From NCBI GenBank assembly GCA_016188425.1, contig JACPHX010000002.1:2373-66372 (forward strand): 64,000 bases of DNA, read 5' to 3'. The stretch is from Candidatus Uhrbacteria bacterium. Its GTDB lineage: Bacteria > Patescibacteriota > Patescibacteriia > UBA9934 > GWF2-40-263. Shown piece by piece: positions 35,646 through 43,965 of this stretch (positions are counted from its first letter, which is position 1; each line of letters starts with the position of its first letter). The translations under genes were made by a program, and so were the position numbers. The notes beneath the pieces were generated by a model. That model was not told the DNA's origin. It saw only the letters and a list, made by a program, of their open reading frames with translations, and made no database searches.

Positions 35646-36283
35646 TGCTTGTGACGCGGCCAGACTACGATCCGGCGACACGGTATCTTTCCGCATGGTC
35701 TTCCATCTTGATGGAGGAGGCAGAGCGTCGAAAATTACGAGTCATTGATCTTCCGGGCGAGAAAGCAAGAAAGGCCGACCTTGTGGGTCGGATCAACAAA
35801 TTAAAGCCTGATTTACTCGTCTTGAACGGGCATGGGAGCGACGAATGTATTGCTGGACAAGATGCGGAGGTTCTCGTGAAGGCCAAGGACAACGCCGTGC
35901 TCCTCAAAGGAAAGGTGACGTACGCGGTCTCCTGCAATTCCGCCGCTGTTTTGGGAGAGGAAGTCGGCACCTACTCTGACACGGCGTATATAGGTTTTGA
36001 GAATGAATTCGCGATAATCCAATCGCAGGACCATGCGAGCCGTCCCCTGGATGATCCGTTCGCGAAGCCCTTCATGGAATTTTCGAATCAGGTGGTGACG
36101 GGTCTTCTTAAAGGACACAAAACAGCGGAGTGTGTGAGTCGTGCGAAGGAGACGGGTAAGGCGAAGATCAACGCGCTTCTCACCAGCGATTCCGATCCTG
36201 ACAAGCAGGCGATCGCACGGTATCTTTGGTGGGATATTCAAGGACTTGTGTGTAAAGGTGACCAGAATAAGAAGATATTATAG
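35642..36283 (+). CDS. Island protein C: alpha/beta protein with an HG...C putative catalytic dyad (caspase / clan-CD-like or DJ-1/PfpI-like cysteine hydrolase)
   Basis: Hydrophobic strand + NGHG (PDLLVLNGHGSDE), then ~35 aa later hydrophobic strand + Cys (KVTYAVSCNSAAV). 213 aa. Confidence 0.4.
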   Translation: MMLVTRPDYDPATRYLSAWSSILMEEAERRKLRVIDLPGEKARKADLVGRINKLKPDLLVLNGHGSDECIAGQDAEVLVKAKDNAVLLKGKVTYAVSCNSAAVLGEEVGTYSDTAYIGFENEFAIIQSQDHASRPLDDPFAKPFMEFSNQVVTGLLKGHKTAECVSRAKETGKAKINALLTSDSDPDKQAIARYLWWDIQGLVCKGDQNKKIL

Positions 36284-36332
36284 AAGAAAATTCGCAACCA
36301 GTGTTTCGACTTCATCCACGTTAGTGCACCAG

Positions 36333-36362
36333 AAAAGACACTCTATTTTTGGAGTGTCTTTT
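36333..36362. terminator. Bidirectional terminator at the island edge / xth 3' end
   Basis: AAAAGACACTC-TATTTTT-GGAGTGTCTTTT. Confidence 0.65.
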
Positions 36363-37139
36363 CTATGTTCCTGCTATCTCAATCCCCACCGGACAATGGT
36401 CCGACCCCATCACGTCATTGAGAATAAACGCCTTCTTGATCCGTTTCATGATCGCCTTATCCGCCCAAAAATAATCGATTCTCCACCCAATATTCCTCGT
36501 CCGAGCGTACGTCTTCATATCCCACCAGGAATAGGCCTCGATCGTCTTTGGGTGCAGCGAACGGAAGGTGTCGACATACCCGTGTTTCTCAAGCTTATCC
36601 AACCACTTGCGTTCCATGGGAAGAAACCCGGATGTCTTCTCGTTCTCTTTCGGATGCGACAAATCGACAGGACGATGCGCGGTGTTTACATCCCCGCAGA
36701 TGATGACGGGTTTGTGTTTGCGATACCCCTCGATGAAGCCGAGGAACCGATCGTAAAAATGCATCTTAAAATCCAACCGCTCGCGATTGCGCGCGCCGTT
36801 TGGGAAATACACATTGAAAAGATAAAAATCCTTGTGCTCTGTCAGAATGATGCGCCCCTCCCCATCGAGCGTCAGGTCGCCGAAGTTCGACATCTCCATG
36901 AGCGGCTTCTCTTTCGAGAAGGTCGCGGTTCCACTGTACCCCTTCTTCAACGCCGAATTCCAAATCCCCATGTAGCCGTCGGGATGGATGATGTCGTGGG
37001 AGAGTTGCTCGACATGGGCTTTCGTTTCTTGAAGGCACAGGATGTCGGGGCTCGCTTCTTGAAGCCAGGGGAGGAAACCTTTTTTCACGGCGGCGCGGAC
37101 GCCGTTCACGTTCCAAGAAAGCAGGGTCATGTTTTTCAT
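36363..37139 (-). CDS. xth: Exodeoxyribonuclease III (AP endonuclease)
   Basis: LLSWNVNG...DILCLQETK...GDVNTAHRPVD...SDHCPV EEP-family motifs. Start re-placed at MKNMTLLSW; the ORF-track N-extension is spurious. Confidence 0.85.
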   Translation of the reverse strand: MKNMTLLSWNVNGVRAAVKKGFLPWLQEASPDILCLQETKAHVEQLSHDIIHPDGYMGIWNSALKKGYSGTATFSKEKPLMEMSNFGDLTLDGEGRIILTEHKDFYLFNVYFPNGARNRERLDFKMHFYDRFLGFIEGYRKHKPVIICGDVNTAHRPVDLSHPKENEKTSGFLPMERKWLDKLEKHGYVDTFRSLHPKTIEAYSWWDMKTYARTRNIGWRIDYFWADKAIMKRIKKAFILNDVMGSDHCPVGIEIAGT

Positions 37140-37242
37140 AGGTGAGGTTTCAGACGTCGCAGAGGTTTCAGACGTTTCAGAGGCACATGCCTTCAAACGC
37201 CTCTGTCGCCTCTGGGGCGTCTGCGACCTCTGCTGCCACAAC

Positions 37243-37932
37243 CTACCACCCTTTCTCCGCCAACGCCTTCGCGGCCGCATCCACCTGCGCTTCATGCTTG
37301 GACAGTCCCGTTCCTTTGGCGACCTGCTCTTTCTCCAAATAGACTCCGACGATGAAGGTCTTGGAGTGGTCCGGGCCTTCCTCCGAGAGGACTTTGTACG
37401 AGGGCGTGATACCCACATGCTCCTGGGCGGCTTCTTGGAAGCGGCTTTTGGGATCGATGTAGAGGCGGTGTTCGAGGATGCGTGGAAGATGCACCATGAC
37501 GGTGCGAAGGATGAATTGCTTGGACGGTTCCCATCCTTGGTCGAGATAAATGGCGCCGATAAGCGCCTCGAAGGCGTTGGCGAGGATGTAGCGGCGCGCC
37601 TTCGTGTCCTTGTCGCGGGACTCTCCCCGGGAAAGGAGCAGATCCCCCTCGATATCGAGACTGTGGCAAATTTCGGCGAGCATGTCGGCGTTTACCAGCG
37701 ACGCGCGCCAATTGGTGAGTTCCCCTTCCGGGTTCTCGTAGTTCTGATACAGGTATTCTGTCACGACGAGTTCAAGAACGGCATCGCCCAAAAATTCTAA
37801 ACGCTCGTTGTGGCCAAGCTCAAAAGACGGGTGTTCGTTCAAATACGATCGGTGAACAAGGGCTTGGCGTAAGGTATCTTTATTCTGAAACGTCACGCCG
37901 AGAACTTGTTCGATGTGGGAGAGATCGCTCAT
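37243..37932 (-). CDS. rnc: Ribonuclease III
   Basis: ERLEFLGDAVLELVV signature plus a C-terminal dsRBD. Confidence 0.9.
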   Translation of the reverse strand: MSDLSHIEQVLGVTFQNKDTLRQALVHRSYLNEHPSFELGHNERLEFLGDAVLELVVTEYLYQNYENPEGELTNWRASLVNADMLAEICHSLDIEGDLLLSRGESRDKDTKARRYILANAFEALIGAIYLDQGWEPSKQFILRTVMVHLPRILEHRLYIDPKSRFQEAAQEHVGITPSYKVLSEEGPDHSKTFIVGVYLEKEQVAKGTGLSKHEAQVDAAAKALAEKGW

Positions 37933-37939
37933 AAGACAT

Positions 37940-37980
37940 CGTTACGGATTACGGAAGTATACGGAATTACGGAAGTACGG
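37940..37980. promoter_or_regulatory. Phased CCGTAA array abutting the rnc start codon, copy 2
   Basis: CGTTACGGATTACGGAAGTATACGGAATTACGGAAGTACGG, 38/40 identical to 16020-16059. Confidence 0.5.
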
Positions 37981-38494
37981 ATAACACATCCTGTTTTTCC
38001 TCCCCTTGCGCCCTCTGTGCCTCCTGCGCCCCTTGCGCCTCTTTCTTTTCCTCTTTATCCACCTCCTTGAGCTCTCCCTTCTCCACCATGTCCTTGTAGA
38101 TAGCCCCCAACACCCCGTTCACGAACCTTCCTGATGCATCGCCGCCGAATCCTTTGGCCAGCTCGATAGACTCGTTAATGGCGACTTTGGAGGGGACGGC
38201 TTGGGAATACTTAAGCTCGTAGGCGCCGATGCGCAGGATATTCCGGTCGATGAGCGTCATGTTGGCGATCGGCCATTCTGGGGCGAATTGGACGATGACG
38301 GCATCGACGTCGGCGAGATGGTCGTGCACCCCGTGAACCAATTCGACGATGAAACCGGCGTCATTGAAGTTCGGGGCGAATTCTTGGCGATCGTACTCGA
38401 TGATGTCGTCGATGTTGCCTTCCGGAAACCCAAGGAAATCCCATTGATAGAGGGTTTGCAACGCGATCGTCCTGGCGAGATGACGGTTGGACAT
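37967..38494 (-). CDS. nusB: Transcription antitermination factor NusB with an acidic/Gln-Ala-rich C-terminal tail
   Basis: MSNRHLARTIALQTLYQWDF... NusB fold. Start re-placed; the tail KEAQGAQEAQRAQGEE is encoded by a GC-rich repeat motif. Confidence 0.85.
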   Translation of the reverse strand: MSNRHLARTIALQTLYQWDFLGFPEGNIDDIIEYDRQEFAPNFNDAGFIVELVHGVHDHLADVDAVIVQFAPEWPIANMTLIDRNILRIGAYELKYSQAVPSKVAINESIELAKGFGGDASGRFVNGVLGAIYKDMVEKGELKEVDKEEKKEAQGAQEAQRAQGEEKQDVLSVLP

Positions 38495-38553
38495 ACAAGG
38501 CTTCCTTATTGTAGCAAAACGCCGCCTGTTGGCTAGGCGGCGGCTGCAGGGGT

Positions 38554-38907
38554 TTACTCTTTGGTTTTGGTCGCTTTCTTTGCGGCAGCATTCTTGGCTG
38601 CCTTCTTCGGCTTCTCTGCGAGCGCTTCCTCTTCGTGCGTATGCCCGTCGGAATGGTCGTGACCGGCATGGGCATCGGCGGCAACCGGCTTGCCTTTGAT
38701 CTCCGCGGCCTTGGCGGCCCGGCGATTCTTGCGATCCATAGAAAGGATCATCTTCCCGTCGTAGCGGCCGCAAGAGGTGCAGGCGTGGTGAGGACGGATG
38801 GGGGTTTTGCAAGAAGGACAGGCGGTGAATGCCGCTGGCGAGAGAGCGAAATGCGACGCACGGCGCCGTTTGTGTGAACTTGTTCTTCGATGACCGGGGA
38901 GACCCAT
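38554..38907 (-). CDS. rpmF: 50S ribosomal protein L32 with a ~60-aa His/Lys/Ala-rich C-terminal extension
   Basis: HRRTSSHKRRRASHFAL...CPSC...CTSCGRY matches L32 and its zinc ribbon. Start re-placed at MGLPGH. Confidence 0.7.
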   Translation of the reverse strand: MGLPGHRRTSSHKRRRASHFALSPAAFTACPSCKTPIRPHHACTSCGRYDGKMILSMDRKNRRAAKAAEIKGKPVAADAHAGHDHSDGHTHEEEALAEKPKKAAKNAAAKKATKTKE

Positions 38908-38969
38908 AGGAGGGGGATGTAGGTTTAAGTTGCAGGGAGAGTAACGGGGAACCCCGCTCTTTGTCAAGA

Positions 38970-41456
38970 CTAAATAATGGTTGAGCTCGCCACCGTATCG
39001 GCCGCCGTCTTAAAGCGCATGATACGCACCCCCTGTGTCGCGCGCCCAAGGACCGGGACCGACGAAACGGCGGAACGGATCACCTGCCCTGCCCCCGAGA
39101 CAATAAGCATGTCCCGGTCGTCTTTGCCGTTCACGATCATGGCTTCGATGATCTTCCCGGTCTTGCTCGTGACATGGGCTGTCAGCACGCCGGATCCGCC
39201 ACGTCCTTGCAGCTTGTATTCCGTAACATCCGTCCGTTTCCCGTAGCCGTTTTTCATGACGACGAGGAGATGGAGTTGGTTTTTCTTTATCGCCGTCCCC
39301 TGCTCGATGACTTCCATACCAACCACCAGATCCGTCCCTTTGAGCTTGATGCCGCGCACGCCCGCCGCCACGCGCCCCATGGGGCGCACATCGCCTTCGG
39401 TAAAACGGATAGATTGCGCTTCGGCCGAGACGAGCATGATATCGTCTTTCCCTGTGGATGGCTTCACCCACTCCAGGTTGTCCCCATCATTCAGCTTGAT
39501 CGCGATGAGGCCGCTGCGACGCACGTTCTCGAAATCGTCCAAAGATGTTTTCTTGATCGTCCCTTTGTTGGTGACCATGACGAGGTACTTGAACGCATCC
39601 ATTTCCGACATGGACAGCGATGCGGTCACGGTCTCACCTGGAGCAAGCTCGAGAAAATTCACGAGCGCTTGTCCTTTGGAGGTACGCGACGCTTCTGGCA
39701 CTTCGTACGCCTTGAGCTTGAAGACGCGCCCGCGGCTCGTGAAGAACATCAAATCCTTGTGGGTCGTCGTCGAAAAAATCGTCTCAACCTGGTCGTCCTC
39801 TTTGGTCTCCAGCCCGATGACCCCCTTCCCTCCGCGCCCTTGCTGTTTGAACGTGTCGGGCGGCAGGCGCTTGATGTAGCCCGCGCGGGTAATCAGGATC
39901 ATCGTCGCCGCGTCGGGAATCACATCTTCGACCGAAAATTCTTTCAATCCGGATTTGATTATTTGTGTGCGTCGGTCTTCGCCGTATTTGTCGCGAATCT
40001 CTTTGACTTCCGCAGCAATGACGGAAAGCATGCGCTTTTCCGATTTCAAAATCGCTTCCAATTCTTTGATGAGTTTCATCTTCTCCTCGTATTCCTGCTC
40101 GACTTTGAGACGTTCCAGGTTGGCCAGCTGTTGGAGGCGCATTTCCAAGATCGCGACCGTTTGCGGATCCGAGAGTTTGAACTTCGCGATCAAATTGATC
40201 TTCGCCTCGTCCTTATCCTTCGATTTCTTGATCGTCTCGATGATCTTGTCGATGTGGAGCATCGCGATACGGTAGCCCTCGAGGATATGGGCGCGATCCA
40301 TGGCACGCGTAAGCTCGAACTGGGTACGCCGGCGCACGACGACTTTGCGGTGCTTCAGATATTCCTCCAGGATGGTCTTCAAGTTCAAGACGCGCGGCTG
40401 GATGCCGTCCACAAGAGCCAGCATATTGTAGTGGAAGCTCTCCTGGAGCTGGGTCGTCTGGTAGAGACGGTTCAGCACTTTCATTGGGTAGGCGTCTTTC
40501 TTGAGCTCAATGACGATGCGGACACCTTCCTGGGTGGATTCGTCACGCAAATCACGAATACCTTCCACTTTCTTGTCACGGACATTTTGTGCGATGCGTT
40601 CAAGGAGCGTCGCTTTGTTCACCTGGTAGGGAATCTCGTGAACGAGAATGATCGCATTCCCCTTTTTATCCTCCGCGATCTCGGTCTTCGCACGTACGAC
40701 AATGCCACCTTTGCCGGTCGCATATGCTTGTTTCAAATCTTTGGCGTTGTAGACGATGGCGCCCGTTGGAAAATCCGGCCCTTTCACGAATTCAGAAAGG
40801 TCATCAACCGTCGCTTCCGGTTTCTCGATGAGATGAAGGACCGCGTCGCACACCTCGCGCAGGTTATGCGGTGGGATGTTGGAGGCCATACCAACAGCGA
40901 TGCCGACCGTGCCGTTGATCAAAAGGTTCGGGAGCTTCCCAGGAAGCACCTGCGGCTCCTTCTGGGAACCATCGTAGTTGGGAACGAAATCGACCGTATT
41001 CTTTTCAAGGTCGACAAGAAGCTCCTCCGCGATACCGGCGAGTTTCGCTTCGGTATAACGCATGGCCGCGGCCGCGTCGCCGTCCATGGAGCCGAAGTTC
41101 CCTTGTCCGCGCACGAGCGGCGCGCGCATGGAAAAATCTTGCGCCATGCGCACGAGCGTGTCGTAAATCGCGCTGTCGCCGTGGGGGTGGTATTTCGCCA
41201 TCACTTCACCAACCACGAACGCCGACTTCTTGAACTTCGCCGTGGAGCGCAACCCGATGTTCCACATCGCATACAAGACGCGACGATGCACCGGTTTCAA
41301 CCCGTCACGCACGTCCGGAAGCGCACGCCCGACGATGACCGACATCGCATAATCCAAATACGACCGTTCCATTTCCTCCACGATATTCTGTGGCGAAATC
41401 GTCCCGATCTTAATCTCATCCGATGGTTCACCATCGTGCTTGGAAGCGCGTGCCAT
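38970..41456 (-). CDS. gyrA: DNA gyrase subunit A
   Basis: [26 protein letters not shown] active-site region, C-terminal beta-pinwheel repeats. 828 aa. Confidence 0.95.
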   Translation of the reverse strand: MARASKHDGEPSDEIKIGTISPQNIVEEMERSYLDYAMSVIVGRALPDVRDGLKPVHRRVLYAMWNIGLRSTAKFKKSAFVVGEVMAKYHPHGDSAIYDTLVRMAQDFSMRAPLVRGQGNFGSMDGDAAAAMRYTEAKLAGIAEELLVDLEKNTVDFVPNYDGSQKEPQVLPGKLPNLLINGTVGIAVGMASNIPPHNLREVCDAVLHLIEKPEATVDDLSEFVKGPDFPTGAIVYNAKDLKQAYATGKGGIVVRAKTEIAEDKKGNAIILVHEIPYQVNKATLLERIAQNVRDKKVEGIRDLRDESTQEGVRIVIELKKDAYPMKVLNRLYQTTQLQESFHYNMLALVDGIQPRVLNLKTILEEYLKHRKVVVRRRTQFELTRAMDRAHILEGYRIAMLHIDKIIETIKKSKDKDEAKINLIAKFKLSDPQTVAILEMRLQQLANLERLKVEQEYEEKMKLIKELEAILKSEKRMLSVIAAEVKEIRDKYGEDRRTQIIKSGLKEFSVEDVIPDAATMILITRAGYIKRLPPDTFKQQGRGGKGVIGLETKEDDQVETIFSTTTHKDLMFFTSRGRVFKLKAYEVPEASRTSKGQALVNFLELAPGETVTASLSMSEMDAFKYLVMVTNKGTIKKTSLDDFENVRRSGLIAIKLNDGDNLEWVKPSTGKDDIMLVSAEAQSIRFTEGDVRPMGRVAAGVRGIKLKGTDLVVGMEVIEQGTAIKKNQLHLLVVMKNGYGKRTDVTEYKLQGRGGSGVLTAHVTSKTGKIIEAMIVNGKDDRDMLIVSGAGQVIRSAVSSVPVLGRATQGVRIMRFKTAADTVASSTII

Positions 41457-41457
41457 A

Positions 41458-41775
41458 TCAATTTTGTTTCTTCAAAAGTTCGGTAAGGGCAGAACGAATC
41501 TCGGTGTCACCGGTGGCAGAGGGCCGAAGTTCGGACTCCTCCCCTGCCAAGGGGAGGGCGGGTGGGGTCGCCGCTGGTTTTAGCGCCTCCAATGTATCCT
41601 GCGCCTGCAGACTCACATCCCCATATCCCGCCTTGAACACATCCGTCACCCCCGCAAACGCCCCTTGCATGAACGCAGCCCAAGCAACGACGATCCCTAC
41701 GGACAAAAACGCGCTCCCTCCATAAAGAGACCACCGCTGAAACTTGGTCGGCTGACGGACAAAACGTACATGCAT
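41458..41775 (-). CDS. Hypothetical small membrane protein
   Basis: One TM helix ([16 protein letters not shown]); directly upstream of gyrA. Confidence 0.4.
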   Translation of the reverse strand: MHVRFVRQPTKFQRWSLYGGSAFLSVGIVVAWAAFMQGAFAGVTDVFKAGYGDVSLQAQDTLEALKPAATPPALPLAGEESELRPSATGDTEIRSALTELLKKQN

Positions 41776-41779
41776 AGGA

Positions 41780-42412
41780 TTAGCGAGTCATGGTGACACA
41801 TTTAAGGCCTTCCTCGGGGAGGTCTCTCTTTTGAAGTTTCAACTTCCCTGTCTCTTCCTTCTGGCAGGTACCGACGGCTTTATAAAAATCATCCACCGAC
41901 GCCAATGTTTCTTTGAGATTAGGAACACCGAAAGTCATGGGAATCACGACCCCTGGTTCCACATGCGACACCACCGCCGCCGCCTGCTTCCCATCGAGGA
42001 CTCGGCCACCACCACATGGAACCATCAAAATATTCGCTCCTTGAACGAATTTGAGCTCTTCTTCCGTCAGTTCGCGATCGAGAGTCCCTAGATGCGCGAT
42101 GGACATGTCCTCGGCTTCAAAACGGAAGAGGCGATGCGCGCCACTCTTTATAGGAGCAGACATGGAATAGACGAACAGTCCTTTGGTTTCAAATTCCCCA
42201 GGCATGTCCACGATGAAGGGGCTGCCCAACAACGCACCGATCGCGTTGGCATCCTCCGCGTCGTGGCTTGTGGCAACGACTTGCGCTTCGATGGTCCGTG
42301 GAAACCGCAACCCAGTCGTATTGTCGTACGGATCAACCACAAGCGTCATCTCCCCCGCCGGGGTTTTCGCGACCACTTCAAAACAAGAAAGTCCGTGCCA
42401 AATGATATGCAT
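41780..42412 (-). CDS. MBL-fold metal-dependent hydrolase (UPF0173-like)
   Basis: MHIIWHGLSCFEV...VVATSHDAED...GGG. Start re-placed at the internal ATG; the upstream part of the ORF is a GC-rich repeat. Confidence 0.65.
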   Translation of the reverse strand: MHIIWHGLSCFEVVAKTPAGEMTLVVDPYDNTTGLRFPRTIEAQVVATSHDAEDANAIGALLGSPFIVDMPGEFETKGLFVYSMSAPIKSGAHRLFRFEAEDMSIAHLGTLDRELTEEELKFVQGANILMVPCGGGRVLDGKQAAAVVSHVEPGVVIPMTFGVPNLKETLASVDDFYKAVGTCQKEETGKLKLQKRDLPEEGLKCVTMTR

Positions 42413-42439
42413 AATTGCGTGCTGAATCGTGGGGATCGT

Positions 42440-42600
42440 ATCATGGGGAAGGAGCGGGGACAAGGACAGGCGCAAGGGGCGCAGGGGGTCCAGGGGCGCA
42501 AGAGGAAGGGCAAGAAAACACGAGGTCAAAAGCGAACCGCGCGCTTGCGCGCCCATGTTCTCTGCGCCCCTTGGACCCCCTGCGCCCCTTGCGCCCTGCA
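42440..42600. repeat. Inverted pair of GC-rich CTGCGCCCCTTGCGCC-family repeats
   Basis: CGCAAGGGGCGCAGGGGGTCCAGGGGCGCA ... TGCGCCCCTTGGACCCCCTGCGCCCCTTGCGCC. The same 16-mer occurs inside nusB (38036-38051). Confidence 0.6.
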
Positions 42601-42602
42601 TC

Positions 42603-43286
42603 TTATGCATCCTTCCCCTCCGCCAACACCCCCTTCCAATACTCCACCTCATTCTTCACGTCCGCGAGCTCCGGGTCTCGCTCGGTGACGGAGAGGCCTT
42701 CGCGAAAGGTTTTGACGCGCTCCAGGGCTTCGGTGCGAATCGTGGGCTCCTGGGTCGCGAGGGCTTCCAACGCGTTGATGGCCTCTTCGATAGCCGCGAG
42801 GTTCTGCTCTTCCTCCGCGAGTTTTTTCTTATACGCAGGATCTTCCGCGAGTGCCACCGGATCCATTTCCTCCTTTACATGCGTCTGCGCGTCCAGGAAA
42901 CCGTGCTCGAATTGGTAGCGCTCCTCGGGAGTGAATTCTTTTTCAAACAGGTCGCTCTGCATGATGCTTGCGAGCGACACGCCAGAGGCGACTATTTTCT
43001 CCACCTTCCCGCGCACCGCGGGGTCGAGATGTTCCAAGACGAACAGTTTTGTCTTCTCCTCCACCGTCGCGTCCATAAGCGCATGGTACGCCCTTCGCGC
43101 CGCAAACTCCCCGCGTCCTGTCTGCACAAGCGCCGCCCGGATCTGTTCTTCCGTCGCATCCTGGTTTGCAAGCAATTCCTTATACATCCGCTTCGCCTCC
43201 TCCGCGACTTCGGCTGGAACCGTCGGCACAAGATGATCGATGGCGAACTTATACTCGTCGAGCATGGCTTTGAAGTGGTGGGGCAT
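42603..43286 (-). CDS. Hypothetical alpha-helical protein
   Basis: 227-aa ORF; no recognised domain. Confidence 0.45.
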   Translation of the reverse strand: MPHHFKAMLDEYKFAIDHLVPTVPAEVAEEAKRMYKELLANQDATEEQIRAALVQTGRGEFAARRAYHALMDATVEEKTKLFVLEHLDPAVRGKVEKIVASGVSLASIMQSDLFEKEFTPEERYQFEHGFLDAQTHVKEEMDPVALAEDPAYKKKLAEEEQNLAAIEEAINALEALATQEPTIRTEALERVKTFREGLSVTERDPELADVKNEVEYWKGVLAEGKDA

Positions 43287-43567
43287 AGGGGGGAAGGATA
43301 ACAGAGGTTACAGAGGATGACAGAGGCGAACAGAGGTCGGAAAAAAAGGAAATCAGGAACGTAGCGGCTACATTCCATCAAAATTCTAACACGCCCAAAC
43401 CAAAACCATTTCCCTCCGTCAAGGGAACGCACCGCTGCTAACGCTCGGGGTTGGCAGAAGGGAAAACTGCTAACGCCGAGCGTTAGCAGCGAAAAAATAA
43501 GAGGAGACCGGAAACCGGAAAGCCAAGGTCCAAAGACCAAGCTCTCCAAGTTCCGATCTCCAAGCGA

Positions 43568-43858
43568 CTAGCGCAACTCCCGAGGGGCAGGCACACCCCA
43601 GTACGGAAGGGCAAGGCGGACGTCGCGCACGTAGCAGTGCACCTTGCGAACGCCGCGGTCGAAGTGCACGCCGACCGCGTCCAACCAAAGGCCGTCGCCT
43701 GGGACATTCACCTTGTACCCGGCGGCCGAGACGAACGGGACATCGTCTCCGTTCATGGCCTGCACCCAAGCCCGCTTTTTGGCCTGATTGCCAAAAGCAA
43801 ACCCGCCGTTTTTCTTTCGCAGCCCCCGCAATCTGGCACAAAATTGACTTCCTATCAA
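43568..43858 (-). CDS. Hypothetical protein
   Basis: 96-aa ORF; weak support. Confidence 0.25.
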   Translation of the reverse strand: MIGSQFCARLRGLRKKNGGFAFGNQAKKRAWVQAMNGDDVPFVSAAGYKVNVPGDGLWLDAVGVHFDRGVRKVHCYVRDVRLALPYWGVPAPRELR

Positions 43859-43965
43859 CCTTCCCCTACACTCTCCCTACTTCTTAATTATTGATTCCGT
43901 TGGGACGTGACGACCTCCTCCAGCTGCCTGGAGACAGGGGCCGGTCACCCTCCTGCCGGCCCTCT

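Larger units (their letters stand above)
34274..36332. mobile_element. tRNA-Lys-associated genomic island (~2.06 kb, low GC), bounded by a 9-bp direct repeat. No integrase
   Basis: GC falls to roughly 38-50% against ~60% in flanks. GTGCACCAG (the tRNA 3' end incl. CCA, 34266-34274) is repeated at 36324-36332. Small coupled ORFs with no housekeeping homology. Confidence 0.5.

Noticed and set aside
36363-37418. Long Arg-rich N-terminal extension of exonuclease III, including an ETSETSATSETS stretch from a GAGGTTTCAGACGT x3 tandem repeat
   Set aside because: The conserved Xth sequence starts at MKNMTLLSWNVNG. The upstream frame is likely untranslated leader containing a small tandem repeat.
39174-41486. 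770-aa plus-strand ORF opposite gyrA, and similar long ORFs opposite leuS (9447-10745), FtsH/PilB (45384-46372, 48401-49105) and S1 (43945-45168)
   Set aside because: No stop codons by chance in a high-GC antisense frame. Compositions are protein-unlike, and the opposite strands carry unambiguous conserved genes.
43300-43345. Tandem (T/A)ACAGAGG heptamer array x4 downstream of the 227-aa hypothetical gene
   Set aside because: Short and without clear context. A similar AACAGAGGATAACAGAAG occurs near gdh, but the evidence is too thin to call a feature.
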